Shown here in pieces: positions 27,644 through 37,664 of a DNA stretch of 64,000 nucleotides. The stretch covers positions 11,758 to 75,757 of the forward strand of contig DDTB01000023.1 of assembly GCA_002343985.1 (NCBI GenBank), in the 5' to 3' direction. The position numbers and the translations under genes are program-made. This DNA is from Chitinophagaceae bacterium UBA2375 (GTDB lineage Bacteria > Bacteroidota > Bacteroidia > Chitinophagales > Chitinophagaceae). Each line of letters starts with the position of its first letter. Position 1 is the first letter of the stretch. Below the pieces are notes generated by a model. It was not told the origin of the DNA and did not search any database. It was given only the letters and a program-made list of their open reading frames with translations.

Positions 27644-28570
27644 TTACCTGACAAAGGCTAAAGCCAGGGATGTTTCACTGATGACTGGCTTTGGCTCTTT
27701 CGCCATGCCGGTATCATCTATGCAATACTCGTCTTCCCAGCAAACCTGGTTCCTGACGAAATTGTCGTAATTATGAAAGATCACATTAAGTGCGATAAAG
27801 TTCATGACATAAGCCTGAGTCTCAGCAGGCAAACGGTCGCGTATGTCCCAAAACGTTGGGTTCACCTTGCCAGACTTTTGCATGGCCTGCCATACATTGC
27901 CCACCCCGCAGTTATAACTGGCGGCAATCAACAGCCAATCATCTTCAAGGTTCCGCATACGGTCCCTGATATAACGCGCGGCCACCTGCGTGGATTTCAA
28001 AAAATGGGTGCGGTCGTCAACAACAGGTTTTGCCGGAACAGGTTGAAGGGTTTCCCTGACAGACTTCTTATAATTTCCTTTCCTGCCTTTTTTGGTTACA
28101 GCTTTTTGATTTCTTTGCTTTTCCGTGATGGACATGCCATACTCCTTAGCCACTTCATCCATGATTTGCCAGTAGCCCACCGCGCCCGCCGATGATATGG
28201 CTTTGGCATTGAACCCGCTTTCAAGGGCCAGCAATACCCTGAACTCTTCGGGCACCTGGTACTTCTTAAAAACTTTCAACACTTTAGGGAAGTACTGCTT
28301 GCCTTTTTTGTAGGTGCGGATCAGGTATTCACGGCGTTGTTCCGCGAAGCGGCGCACATAATCCATCGCTTCCGCTTCATGTCCCGCCAAACGGGCTGGA
28401 AACAATACATTGGCCGGCCGGGCCAATACCATGGGCATGTCGCGGATATCCACCTGTAAGGATGACGCTTTCCGGGATGTGTCTCCCGGCTTGGTGGCCG
28501 GATGCGCCCCTGCTGCCAGGGACCATCCCGCCAGCCAAATCACGGTGATGAATGCTTTCATAGGTTTCAC
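27644..28570 (-). CDS. Lytic transglycosylase (SLT/MltD-like)
   Basis: LALESG, AGAVGYWQIM, VDDRTH, ASYNCG, ETQAYV; signal peptide. Confidence 0.9.
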   Translation of the reverse strand: MKPMKAFITVIWLAGWSLAAGAHPATKPGDTSRKASSLQVDIRDMPMVLARPANVLFPARLAGHEAEAMDYVRRFAEQRREYLIRTYKKGKQYFPKVLKVFKKYQVPEEFRVLLALESGFNAKAISSAGAVGYWQIMDEVAKEYGMSITEKQRNQKAVTKKGRKGNYKKSVRETLQPVPAKPVVDDRTHFLKSTQVAARYIRDRMRNLEDDWLLIAASYNCGVGNVWQAMQKSGKVNPTFWDIRDRLPAETQAYVMNFIALNVIFHNYDNFVRNQVCWEDEYCIDDTGMAKEPKPVISETSLALAFVR

Positions 28571-28708
28571 GTCAAATGATGGGTCATTTGCCTGTCAGAT
28601 AAGCAACGGCATACGGTTAAAAACTAAGGCTTATAACGGTTTTAACACTGCGCATATTGCCCATCCCAAAAAAATTATGATCTTTAGCCGGCCCCGCAGG
28701 TACCCCGT

Positions 28709-29473
28709 ATGTCGAAAAAAACCAAGCGCCGAATTTTTCGTGTATCCCTTATCGTTATCCCCTTGCTGCTCATGGCTTTACTGGCCTATTGGATCAGCAA
28801 CTGGTATTACAAGCCGAGCTTTGTGCATTACCCGGCTTTTGGCATCGACATCCCCGTGAATTACAGCATACATGGCATTGATGTCAGCAAGCACCAGAAA
28901 ACCATTGGCTGGCAGGAAGTGAAAAAGATGGAATATGGTAAAGTCAAAATCGGCTTTGCCATCATGAAAGCTACGGAAGGCCTGGGCAGGGTGGATGAGC
29001 AATTCAGGAGGAACTGGCTGCATGCGAAACGCGCCGGCATCAGCAGGGGCGCTTACCATTTTTTCATCGCGAGTAAAAGCGGGAAAGCACAGGCTGAAAA
29101 TTTTATGGAAACAGTGCGGCTCGAAAAAGGCGACCTGCCGCCCGTGCTCGATGTGGAACAAACCTATGGGACAGACAAAACCACTTTGCAACAACGTGTG
29201 CATGACTGGCTGCAGGCCGTGGAAAGAAGGTACGGCATGAAGCCCATCCTTTACAGCAATGTGGACTTTTATGAGACTTACCTGGCTGACCGATTCGGGG
29301 ATTACCCGCTTTGGGTGGCGCATTACTTCGCGAAAGAAAAACCCAGGACCAACCATCCCTGGATCTTCTGGCAACACAGCGAAACCGGCAGGGTCAACGG
29401 CATCGGCACAGCGGTTGATTTCAATGTGTTTAAAGGCGACAGCGCGGCCTTTCGTTCTTTGCTGAAACCTTAA
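28709..29473 (+). CDS. GH25 lysozyme/muramidase
   Basis: HGIDVSKHQ, KATEG, GAYHFF, PPVLDVE, WQHSETG; N-terminal TM. Confidence 0.92.
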   Translation: MSKKTKRRIFRVSLIVIPLLLMALLAYWISNWYYKPSFVHYPAFGIDIPVNYSIHGIDVSKHQKTIGWQEVKKMEYGKVKIGFAIMKATEGLGRVDEQFRRNWLHAKRAGISRGAYHFFIASKSGKAQAENFMETVRLEKGDLPPVLDVEQTYGTDKTTLQQRVHDWLQAVERRYGMKPILYSNVDFYETYLADRFGDYPLWVAHYFAKEKPRTNHPWIFWQHSETGRVNGIGTAVDFNVFKGDSAAFRSLLKP

Positions 29474-29515
29474 ACAGCCGGCATGCAATTACACAATTAC
29501 ATGTACTTTCACAGC

Positions 29516-29740
29516 ATGGGAGCAGAACAAAACCCTCGCGCCTACCTGGTACTGGTAGCCAATAGCATCGCCATCGTGTTGATCTGGATGATCATCAACG
29601 TATTTTTTGGCATATACCTCGGATGGGGATTTTTTGAGAATAGCCCGGGTTGGAAAAACTGGCTGTATTACGCCCTGGCGCTGGGCACTTTATTCCTGAT
29701 TGGAAAATTCCTATATAAAAAGTGGAAAGACTATCTCTGA
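29516..29740 (+). CDS. Small two-TM hypothetical protein
   Basis: Two hydrophobic helices. Confidence 0.6.
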   Translation: MGAEQNPRAYLVLVANSIAIVLIWMIINVFFGIYLGWGFFENSPGWKNWLYYALALGTLFLIGKFLYKKWKDYL

Positions 29741-29741
29741 A

Positions 29742-30137
29742 TCAATGCGCGTGATGCGGCGATTTACAACGGCTCTTATGGCACATGCGGTAATTGATAT
29801 AATGCGCGCTGATGATCAGCAACACCGCCAAGCCTAAAAGGATATATTCATACGGGAATGTATGGTACACCTGTTTCATTAAAAGGAAAACAAAACCTAC
29901 AGCAAATAAGGAAACCGGCAACAAGTTCCGGTGATGCCGGATATAGCCATGGTACAGTGAATACACACCCACCACAAAGGCCAACCCAATCATGGCCCAC
30001 TCAAACCAGGTATTATCAATGATATTGACGCCTAAAACAGGCAAACTGGTCATAATCAATGGCAACAGGGCGCAGTGAATCGCGCATATCAGCGTCGTCA
30101 TGATGCCCATTTTGTCCCAGTTCAGCTTGACCTGCAT
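29742..30137 (-). CDS. MerC-domain membrane protein
   Basis: DKMG...ICAIHCALLP, GYIRHH, AHYINY; C-terminal CKSPHHAH. Confidence 0.85.
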   Translation of the reverse strand: MQVKLNWDKMGIMTTLICAIHCALLPLIMTSLPVLGVNIIDNTWFEWAMIGLAFVVGVYSLYHGYIRHHRNLLPVSLFAVGFVFLLMKQVYHTFPYEYILLGLAVLLIISAHYINYRMCHKSRCKSPHHAH

Positions 30138-30256
30138 AGATTGAACTGCAAATATACTATTTTTGCAATACTGTTGCAAGTATTTGGGGCTATGTTCAAC
30201 AGAAAAAAATAACAGAACGGGCCACCGTACCTTTGCATGACTTTAATATTCTGACC

Positions 30257-30988
30257 GTGAAAAATAAACTCTGGATTTACCTCGGATTCTTCGCAGTATT
30301 GCTGGGGGTTTTCTATTTCGCCATTTTCCGTGATTATGATTTCGACAGGGCCAAACTGGCGGTTATTAACCCCAACATCCCTGAATTCCGCTTCACGGAT
30401 CAAAACAATAAGCCCTTCAGCCAAAAAAACACGGAAGGCAAAGTGTATGTGGCCGAATATTTTTTCACTACCTGCAAAGGCATTTGCCCGAAGATGAATG
30501 CCAATATGCGCAGGGTGTACGACAAGTACAGGGATGAGCCAGATTTCCTGATCCTTTCGCATACATGCATGCCCGAAGTTGACAGCGTGCCCCTGCTAAA
30601 GGATTACGAACGGAAAATGTTGCAGGGCGAGTTGATCCGCAATAAAGATGGTTCTTATAAAATTTCCACGCTGGGCATCGACAGTACCCTCGACGCCGGA
30701 AAAACCAACTGGTTCTTCGTGACCGGCAAAAAAGATGAATTATACAAACTGGCCCGCCAGGGGTATATGATTGATAACAACAAACCCGACAGCACGCAAC
30801 GCATTGAAGACGAATTCATCCACACCCAGTTCTTCGCGCTGGTAGACAAATACGGAAGGGTCAGGGGGATTTACGATGGTTTGATAGAAGAAGAAGTGGA
30901 GAAACTGATCTGGGATATCGGTAAGTTGCTGAAAGAGAAAGTGAGCACCAAAAGATTCATGGGCGGATTCAACAATAACCCCGGTTAA
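30257..30988 (+). CDS. SCO1/SenC copper chaperone family protein
   Basis: FFTTCKGICP CxxxC and IHTQFFALVD His ligand; GTG start. Confidence 0.9.
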   Translation: MKNKLWIYLGFFAVLLGVFYFAIFRDYDFDRAKLAVINPNIPEFRFTDQNNKPFSQKNTEGKVYVAEYFFTTCKGICPKMNANMRRVYDKYRDEPDFLILSHTCMPEVDSVPLLKDYERKMLQGELIRNKDGSYKISTLGIDSTLDAGKTNWFFVTGKKDELYKLARQGYMIDNNKPDSTQRIEDEFIHTQFFALVDKYGRVRGIYDGLIEEEVEKLIWDIGKLLKEKVSTKRFMGGFNNNPG

Positions 30989-31002
30989 TATAACGGTGAA
31001 GC

Positions 31003-31416
31003 ATGAACGAAGTATTACAGATATTGAAAAAGAACAGCCTGAGCGTGACCGAAGGCCGTAAAAAAATCCTGGAGCTTTTTATTGCTTCCGAGGGCGCGCT
31101 GGCACATGCGGATATAGAAAAACAAACATCCAACAATTTCGACCGCGTAACGGTGTACCGTACCCTGCAGACTTTCGTAGAAAAAGGCATCATACACCAG
31201 ATACCCACCACCGACAATTCCGTGCTATACGCTTTATGCAGGCACAACTGCGAACAGGGCCATCACCACGATAACCATGTACACTTTATCTGCAGCAACT
31301 GCGATAAAACAATTTGCCTGGATGATGTAACAGTACCACAAGTGAAGCTCCCCGAAGGCTTTACTCCTTTACAGTCCGCCATGGTGGTTACGGGTATTTG
31401 CTTAGACTGTGCCTGA
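31003..31416 (+). CDS. fur: Fur-family metalloregulator
   Basis: TEGRKKIL, TVYRTL, HHHDNHVHFICSNC, C-terminal CLDC; metal specificity (Fur/Zur) not determinable. Confidence 0.85.
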   Translation: MNEVLQILKKNSLSVTEGRKKILELFIASEGALAHADIEKQTSNNFDRVTVYRTLQTFVEKGIIHQIPTTDNSVLYALCRHNCEQGHHHDNHVHFICSNCDKTICLDDVTVPQVKLPEGFTPLQSAMVVTGICLDCA

Positions 31417-31421
31417 CAAAC

Positions 31422-33146
31422 TCAACGCTCCAGTTTCTCCATCTCATCCTGCACAAAGTCCATCAGCACTTTGATGCGTTCCGGCGAGAAATCAAACGTC
31501 AACCCCATGGCCTCATACAACTCAGGCAGGGTGCGGGTTCCGCCAAGGCTGAGTGCCCGGCAATAATTTTCCAAAGCCTGCGCGGGGTCTTTCCTGAACT
31601 GCATCCACATGCCAATGGCGCCCAACTGCGCGATACCGTATTCGATATAATAAAATGGCACTTCAAACAGGTGTAACTGGCGTTGCCATCCATGGCTGCG
31701 GTAGTTTTCGAGCCCGCTGAAATCAACCACTTTCTCGTAAAAACGAGTAAGGATGCTTACCCATGCGGCAGTACGCTCTTCATGCGTATGTACTGGGTGT
31801 TCGTATATCCAGTGCTGAAAAGAATCAATGATCGCGATCCAGGGGAAGATGGTAATCACGCGCTCCAACTGGTGCTCCCGCGCCCTGCGGAGTTCTTCGG
31901 CATCAGTGAAGAAACTGTCCCAATGCTCCATGCTGAACAATTCCATTGCCATACTCGCCACTTCAGCCACTTCCATTGGGTATTCCTTGAAGCCGTTGAG
32001 TTCGAGCGGGTGCGCGAGGAAGGAATGAATCGCATGCCCGCCTTCGTGCACCATGGTGGTTACATCGCTCATCTGCCCTGCGGCATTCATGAAAATAAAT
32101 GGGGCGCCGCTTTCGGCCAACGGACAATTATACCCGCCCGGGGCCTTGCCTTTGCGGCTCTCCAGGTCAAAATGTTTCATTTCGCCCATGCGCAAGAGGC
32201 AGTCTGCAAAAAATGGCGACAGCTTTTTGAAACAGTCCACCGTTTTCCGCAACAACTCCTCCCCTGAGCTAAAAGGCACCAAAGGCTTGATGCCGGCGGG
32301 TTCAGCGTCTATATCCCATGGGCGTAATTCAGCCAGCCCAAGTTTTTCTTTTTTCTTTTGGTAGATGCGCGTTACGAGCGGCAGCACATGCGCTTCCACC
32401 GCTTCGTGAAAGCGAAGGCAATCTTCTTTTGTGTAATCAAAGCGGCCGAGTTCACGGAACCTGTAATCGCGGTAGTTGGCGAAGCCCGCGTTCTTTGCTT
32501 CTTTGTCGCGCAGGGCAATAAGGGTATCATACAACTCATTCAAAGGGGCCCTATCCTGCAGCCTGCGCTCCTGTATTTTGCGGTACACTTGCTCGCGCAA
32601 ATCCCTGTCGTGGCTTTCCAGGAATTTCCCGGCCTGCTGCAGCGTATACTCGGAACCGTTAACCTCCACCGTCATCGCGCCGGTGATTTGTCCGTACTGC
32701 TGTTGCAGCACCGCGATTTCTGATTGGATCGGCAGGTTCTCTTCGCGGAAGAGTTCGATGCTCTTGCGGATATTGCGGAGAAATGTGCGGTATTTCTGCT
32801 GATCCAGTTTACCTAATGCCGGTGATTCCAGCAATTTCCTGTTTAACTGGTCGGCATACCTTTGCACATGCGGCTGTATGTTCAGGTAATAATCATTGAA
32901 CGAGGCTTCGAGCTCCTTGTTTTCAGTATCGCAGGTCATCCTGATCTGGCGCCAGCAAGCGTTTTCGCTGATCGCGGCTTCCAGTTCGCTTTGGTCGTGC
33001 AGCCATTGCTCAAGCGCGTCGCTGGCCGAGATATCCCTTTCCAGGAGTTGCTCAAAATACGGTTCGGCGGAGGCCCAATCGCTGAGCACAAAATCAACAG
33101 GCAGGAAACGGCGCTCCGTTTTGCGGATATCGGCGGAGTAATTCAT
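31422..33146 (-). CDS. M3 family oligoendopeptidase
   Basis: HEGGH zinc motif, EVAEVASM, PFYYIEYG. Confidence 0.92.
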   Translation of the reverse strand: MNYSADIRKTERRFLPVDFVLSDWASAEPYFEQLLERDISASDALEQWLHDQSELEAAISENACWRQIRMTCDTENKELEASFNDYYLNIQPHVQRYADQLNRKLLESPALGKLDQQKYRTFLRNIRKSIELFREENLPIQSEIAVLQQQYGQITGAMTVEVNGSEYTLQQAGKFLESHDRDLREQVYRKIQERRLQDRAPLNELYDTLIALRDKEAKNAGFANYRDYRFRELGRFDYTKEDCLRFHEAVEAHVLPLVTRIYQKKKEKLGLAELRPWDIDAEPAGIKPLVPFSSGEELLRKTVDCFKKLSPFFADCLLRMGEMKHFDLESRKGKAPGGYNCPLAESGAPFIFMNAAGQMSDVTTMVHEGGHAIHSFLAHPLELNGFKEYPMEVAEVASMAMELFSMEHWDSFFTDAEELRRAREHQLERVITIFPWIAIIDSFQHWIYEHPVHTHEERTAAWVSILTRFYEKVVDFSGLENYRSHGWQRQLHLFEVPFYYIEYGIAQLGAIGMWMQFRKDPAQALENYCRALSLGGTRTLPELYEAMGLTFDFSPERIKVLMDFVQDEMEKLER

Positions 33147-33180
33147 GATCAGTGCTTAAACGTGATGAGATCAAAACCCA

Positions 33181-33702
33181 TTAGGCCATCTTACGCGGCG
33201 CGTTCACCTTTTTGGCGGGTGCCGATTTGGTGCTGGCGGCAGCGGTTGACCTGGCTGGCGCTGGCTTCTTCTCGGTTTTTTCAGGGGCTTTCTCCACAGG
33301 GGCTTCAGACGAATCCTCAGAACCACGCGTGATCTCGATATTGTTCTTTGTGAGTATCTCAAACCAGCGCACCATCTTCTTCAAATCGCTCGCGTACACC
33401 CTGGTGAAATCCATGTCGGGATATACTTTGCTGAAATATTGCTTAATGGCCGCGGCGTCAGATGATGAAGGCAACGCCTCCGAACTGGCAGCCATAGCCT
33501 GGAAAACCTCAGCGAGATTCACATTATCGCGGTTGGTGTACACTTCAATGCTGTCTAAGTGCGAAAAACTATGCTGGCGGTTGCTGACAAATTTGGTCGA
33601 CTTATCCTCCACCGAGCGCACCACGGCGCCGTCATTCTTGGAAGAAACCAATTCAAATAATCCACTCAATCCGGTCACGGCAATCAGCTTGTTATATTCC
33701 AT
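33181..33702 (-). CDS. DUF5606-family protein
   Basis: MEY.KLIAVTGLSGLF, RVYASDLKKMVRW; low-complexity tail. Confidence 0.75.
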   Translation of the reverse strand: MEYNKLIAVTGLSGLFELVSSKNDGAVVRSVEDKSTKFVSNRQHSFSHLDSIEVYTNRDNVNLAEVFQAMAASSEALPSSSDAAAIKQYFSKVYPDMDFTRVYASDLKKMVRWFEILTKNNIEITRGSEDSSEAPVEKAPEKTEKKPAPARSTAAASTKSAPAKKVNAPRKMA

Positions 33703-33852
33703 ACGTCAAAATTTTAGGGCTGCAATATATTGTAAAATACCCAATCCTCCTGCCTGCAGACCGCCCATCCCAATTATTAACATTTTCCCTGTTCAGCGCG
33801 ACGGATTCTGCCCAATCCAGCGTCTAATAAGCGCAAAACATAAAATGAGTAT

Positions 33853-36735
33853 ATGAAGAATCGGATTATCTGGACGATCGTATGTAGTTTTTTTGCCCTA
33901 ACGGGCTTTTCCCAAACAGGCAGCATCAGGGCCATGCTGGTAGACAAAGAAAACCAATCGCGCATCAGCGGCGCCACCATTACCCTGAGGCTCGCCAGCG
34001 ACAGTTCACTGGTGGGTTCCACTGTATCAGACGCGCAAGGCCGCGTCAGCCTGAACAACCTTAACCCCGGCGAATACCGGATCAATATCAGCACCATCGG
34101 CTACCGTCAGTACGATGCCTTTGTCAGCATAGACGGCACGGAAAAAAGGCTTGGGCCCATACGTTTGGAAAAACAAGGCAAGGAACTTGCTGAAGTCACC
34201 GTGGTATCGCGCACCCCTCCCGTGGTACAAAAAGCGGACACGGCCCAGTTCAGCGCCAGCCAGTATAAAGTGAACCCCGATGCCAGTACGGAAGACCTGA
34301 TCAAAAAAATGCCCGGCATTACGGTTGACAGGGACGGAACCGTTACGGCACAAGGCGAACAGGTACGCAAACTCACCATTGACGGTAAAGATTTTTTTGG
34401 GGATGATGTAACGGCGGCGCTCAAAAACCTCCCATCGGAAGTGGTGGATAAGATCCAAGTGTTTGACAGGCTGAGCGACCAGGCCCAACTAACCGGCGTG
34501 GATGACGGCAACTCCCAGAAATCCATCAACATTGTAACCAAATCAGGCATCAGGAACAGCCAGTTTGGCCGGGCCTATGCCGGATACGGTACGGATGACC
34601 GGTATGCATTAGGCGGCAATATGAGCTTTTTTGAAAACAACCGACGCATTTCCATTGTAGCCAATTTTAATAATATCAACCAGCAAAATTTTGGATCACA
34701 GGACCTCCTGGGCGTAAATAATAACCGCGGTGGCGGAGGTGGCGGTCGTGGTGGTATGGGCGGTGGCCGCTGGGGCGGAGGTGGCGAAAACTTCCAGGTC
34801 GGCCAGTCGAACGGCATCAGCCGCACCAACGCTTTCGGCATCAACTTCAGCAATACCTGGAGCCCAAAAGTTACCTTAACCGGCAGTTACTTCTTCAACA
34901 ACAGCCGCAATACGAACGACGCGTTCAGCAATACAGAAACATTCGCGGCGAATAACAATAACCTGATCAGCACCCAAAACAGCATCAGCCGTACCGATAA
35001 TTTCAACCACCGCATCAACCTGAGGCTGGAGTATAAAATCGACTCAAACAATACCTTGTTCGTCATCCCAAGCCTCAACTTCCAAAACAACAATACCGAA
35101 AGCCTGTCGGCCATTGGAAGCCTGTTTAAAAGTGGCGACTCGGTGAACACGTCATTAACCAACGCCATTTCGGACCGTAAGGGGTATAACCTGAGGAACA
35201 ATATCCTCTTCCGCCATGCCTTCCGCAAAAAAGGGCGCAGCCTCTCGCTCGGCCTTAACACATCATTGACCAATAATACAAGCGAAAGCATTACCGATGC
35301 CCGTTTCCGTTTCTTTAATAACGGCGGCGTACAGGATTCGGTACAAAACCAGTTTTACGATAACCTCACCGATGGCTACAGCGTCGGGGGAAGTATCGCA
35401 TACACGGAACCGTTAGGTAAAAACTCGATGATCCAGATCGATTACAACCCAAGCATCCAAAAGAACAAAGCCGATCAGCAAACATTCCTGTTTGACGGAC
35501 AGAAATACGGCACGCTTGACACCGTATTGTCTAACAGGTTCAACAATACGGTAACCACGCATAACAGCGGCATCACTTACCGGTATAACCCAAGCCGCGA
35601 CGAGATGTTCGCCATAGGCCTGAATTATCAGAACTCAACCCTGGAAAGTGATCGTGTATTCCCTACCGTTAGCAACGTCAACCAGTCGTTCTCCAATTTC
35701 CTGCCCAATGCCATGTGGCGGAAGAAGATTTCGCAAACAAGCAGTTTCCGTTTGTTTTACCGCGCGTCTGTGAGTTTCCCCAATGTTTCGCAATTGCAGG
35801 ACGTGGTGAACCTGAGCAACCCGCTCCGCGTAAGCTCCGGTAACCCGCTGCTGGCGCAATCGTACACGCATTTCCTGGGTGGCCGCTGGATGTACACCAA
35901 TTCAAAAACAAGCCGTAGTTTCTTTGCCAACATATTCATGCAAACAACTGCAGATTATATTTCAAATGCCACTTACATCGCATCCGCTGACTCTACCATT
36001 CAACAGGGTATTGTGCTGAAAAAAGGTTCGCAACTGAGCAAGCCCGTTAACCTCAATGGCTACCGCAATGTGCGCACATTCCTTACGTACAGCATGCCGA
36101 TCAAACCCATCAAAACAACCATGAACCTGAACGCGGGTTTCACGTACAGCCGTTTGCCGGGTATGGTTAATTATGTAAAAACCATCACGGATAATTTTGT
36201 GTACAGCGGCGGCATTGTGCTGGCGAGCAATATCAGTGAGTATGTGGATTTCAACCTGAATTATTCCATCAATGTGAACCGGGCGAGGACAACGTCGAAC
36301 AGCACGGCTGACAATAATTTCAACCAGCAATCGGCCGGCATCATTGTAAATCTGCTGAACAAAAAAGGATGGTTTATTCAGAACGATGTGTCGAACCAAA
36401 CATTCAGCGGATTGAGCGGCGGACTGAATACCAGCTTCTGGTTGTGGAATGCGTCTGTCGGAAAAAAATTCCTGAAAAACCGCGCGGGCGAACTGAAGCT
36501 TTCCGTATTTGACTTATTAAAACAAAACCAAAGCATCAGCCGGACCATCACGGAAACCTATATCCAGGATAACCGGAGTGTGGTGTTGCAGCAGTATTTC
36601 ATGCTGACATTCACATACAACCTGAAAAATTTTGGCAAAGCGGCGAATAAACAATCAAACAGGGGTAATGATGCGGATGGCCCAACAAGGGGCGGAATGC
36701 CGGGGGCACCGGGCATGGGGCGTCCGGGTTTTTAA
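33853..36735 (+). CDS. Outer-membrane beta-barrel protein (TonB-dependent-like) with N-terminal carboxypeptidase-regulatory-like domain
   Basis: Signal peptide, EDLIKKMPGITVD plug motif, IDGKDFFG, terminal YFMLTFTYNL; Gly/Arg-rich insert at ~34726-34785. Confidence 0.88.
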   Translation: MKNRIIWTIVCSFFALTGFSQTGSIRAMLVDKENQSRISGATITLRLASDSSLVGSTVSDAQGRVSLNNLNPGEYRINISTIGYRQYDAFVSIDGTEKRLGPIRLEKQGKELAEVTVVSRTPPVVQKADTAQFSASQYKVNPDASTEDLIKKMPGITVDRDGTVTAQGEQVRKLTIDGKDFFGDDVTAALKNLPSEVVDKIQVFDRLSDQAQLTGVDDGNSQKSINIVTKSGIRNSQFGRAYAGYGTDDRYALGGNMSFFENNRRISIVANFNNINQQNFGSQDLLGVNNNRGGGGGGRGGMGGGRWGGGGENFQVGQSNGISRTNAFGINFSNTWSPKVTLTGSYFFNNSRNTNDAFSNTETFAANNNNLISTQNSISRTDNFNHRINLRLEYKIDSNNTLFVIPSLNFQNNNTESLSAIGSLFKSGDSVNTSLTNAISDRKGYNLRNNILFRHAFRKKGRSLSLGLNTSLTNNTSESITDARFRFFNNGGVQDSVQNQFYDNLTDGYSVGGSIAYTEPLGKNSMIQIDYNPSIQKNKADQQTFLFDGQKYGTLDTVLSNRFNNTVTTHNSGITYRYNPSRDEMFAIGLNYQNSTLESDRVFPTVSNVNQSFSNFLPNAMWRKKISQTSSFRLFYRASVSFPNVSQLQDVVNLSNPLRVSSGNPLLAQSYTHFLGGRWMYTNSKTSRSFFANIFMQTTADYISNATYIASADSTIQQGIVLKKGSQLSKPVNLNGYRNVRTFLTYSMPIKPIKTTMNLNAGFTYSRLPGMVNYVKTITDNFVYSGGIVLASNISEYVDFNLNYSINVNRARTTSNSTADNNFNQQSAGIIVNLLNKKGWFIQNDVSNQTFSGLSGGLNTSFWLWNASVGKKFLKNRAGELKLSVFDLLKQNQSISRTITETYIQDNRSVVLQQYFMLTFTYNLKNFGKAANKQSNRGNDADGPTRGGMPGAPGMGRPGF

Positions 36736-36765
36736 GTACTTTTGAGATGAACCATCAGCACTGTC

Positions 36766-37338
36766 TTGAACCAGTCGGAACTCATCTCCAAACTTAAAAA
36801 CGGCGAAGCCCAGGCATTCAACGAAATCGTGTCTTCTTACCAGGACATGATTTACAATACCGCCCTGAGCCTTTTGCAACAGGCACAGGAAGCGGAAGAC
36901 ATCACGCAGGACGTGTTTATTCAGCTTTACCACTCGATACAGGATTTCAGGGAAGAAGCGGCCTTAAGCACATGGTTGTATAAAGTGACGGTATCGAAAT
37001 CGATGGATGCGCTGCGTAAAAAACAGCGGGAGAAAAGGGGCGGATGGTGGAAACGGCTGACAGGCGCTGAAGCTACGGAAGAGGCCGTCAGTTTTCAGCA
37101 TCCCGGTGTGCTGGCCGAAAACAAAGAGAAATCTGAGGTACTCTGGAAAGCCATTAGTCAATTACCCGAATCGCAACGCGTGGCATTCACGTTGCAGAAA
37201 ATGGAAGGATTGAGTATGCAGGATATCGCGGAGGTGATGGAGAAATCAGTGGATTCTGTGGAATCATTGCTGGCAAGGGCCAGGAAAAACCTGAGGGATT
37301 ACCTGGCTGATTATTATGTAAAAAACAAACTGTCATGA
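36766..37338 (+). CDS. ECF RNA polymerase sigma factor
   Basis: AEDITQDVFI, STWLYKV, QLPESQR..FTL...EGLS..DIAEVM, SVESLLARARKNL; TTG start. Confidence 0.92.
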   Translation: MNQSELISKLKNGEAQAFNEIVSSYQDMIYNTALSLLQQAQEAEDITQDVFIQLYHSIQDFREEAALSTWLYKVTVSKSMDALRKKQREKRGGWWKRLTGAEATEEAVSFQHPGVLAENKEKSEVLWKAISQLPESQRVAFTLQKMEGLSMQDIAEVMEKSVDSVESLLARARKNLRDYLADYYVKNKLS

Positions 37339-37664
37339 ACAAGCAGATGCAGGATTGGATCAATGAAACCATGTCTGGTTTAGATGGCGCGCAAAGGGCA
37401 TCGGCCCCACCGTTTTTGATGACCCGTATCCGTGCCGGGCTCGCGAAAGCGCCGGTGAAAAGCGCCTGGGAATCACTATATGCCTTTGTGAGCAGGCCTA
37501 CCATTGCATTGGCCGGCATCCTCCTGGTGGTTACGGTTAACTTCCTGATCATCCTGCAAAAACAAAACCGCCAACAACAAGATGTTGTCAACACGCAAAC
37601 CGAACAGGTGGATGTAGCCACACAATATAATTTGATCAACGACATTGAATACCTCGCACCATGA
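37335..37664 (+). CDS. Single-TM putative anti-sigma factor
   Basis: ATGA overlap with the sigma gene; APPFLMTRI motif then one TM helix. Confidence 0.65.
   Translation: MNKQMQDWINETMSGLDGAQRASAPPFLMTRIRAGLAKAPVKSAWESLYAFVSRPTIALAGILLVVTVNFLIILQKQNRQQQDVVNTQTEQVDVATQYNLINDIEYLAP

Noticed and set aside
28613-28645. GTTAAAA...TTTTAAC inverted repeat between the divergent SLT and GH25 genes
   Set aside because: Short and AT-rich with a long spacer; too weak to call an operator
34726-34785. GGC/GGT-rich repeat as a contingency or tandem-repeat locus
   Set aside because: In-frame Gly-rich coding sequence with varied codons, not a slippage-prone perfect repeat
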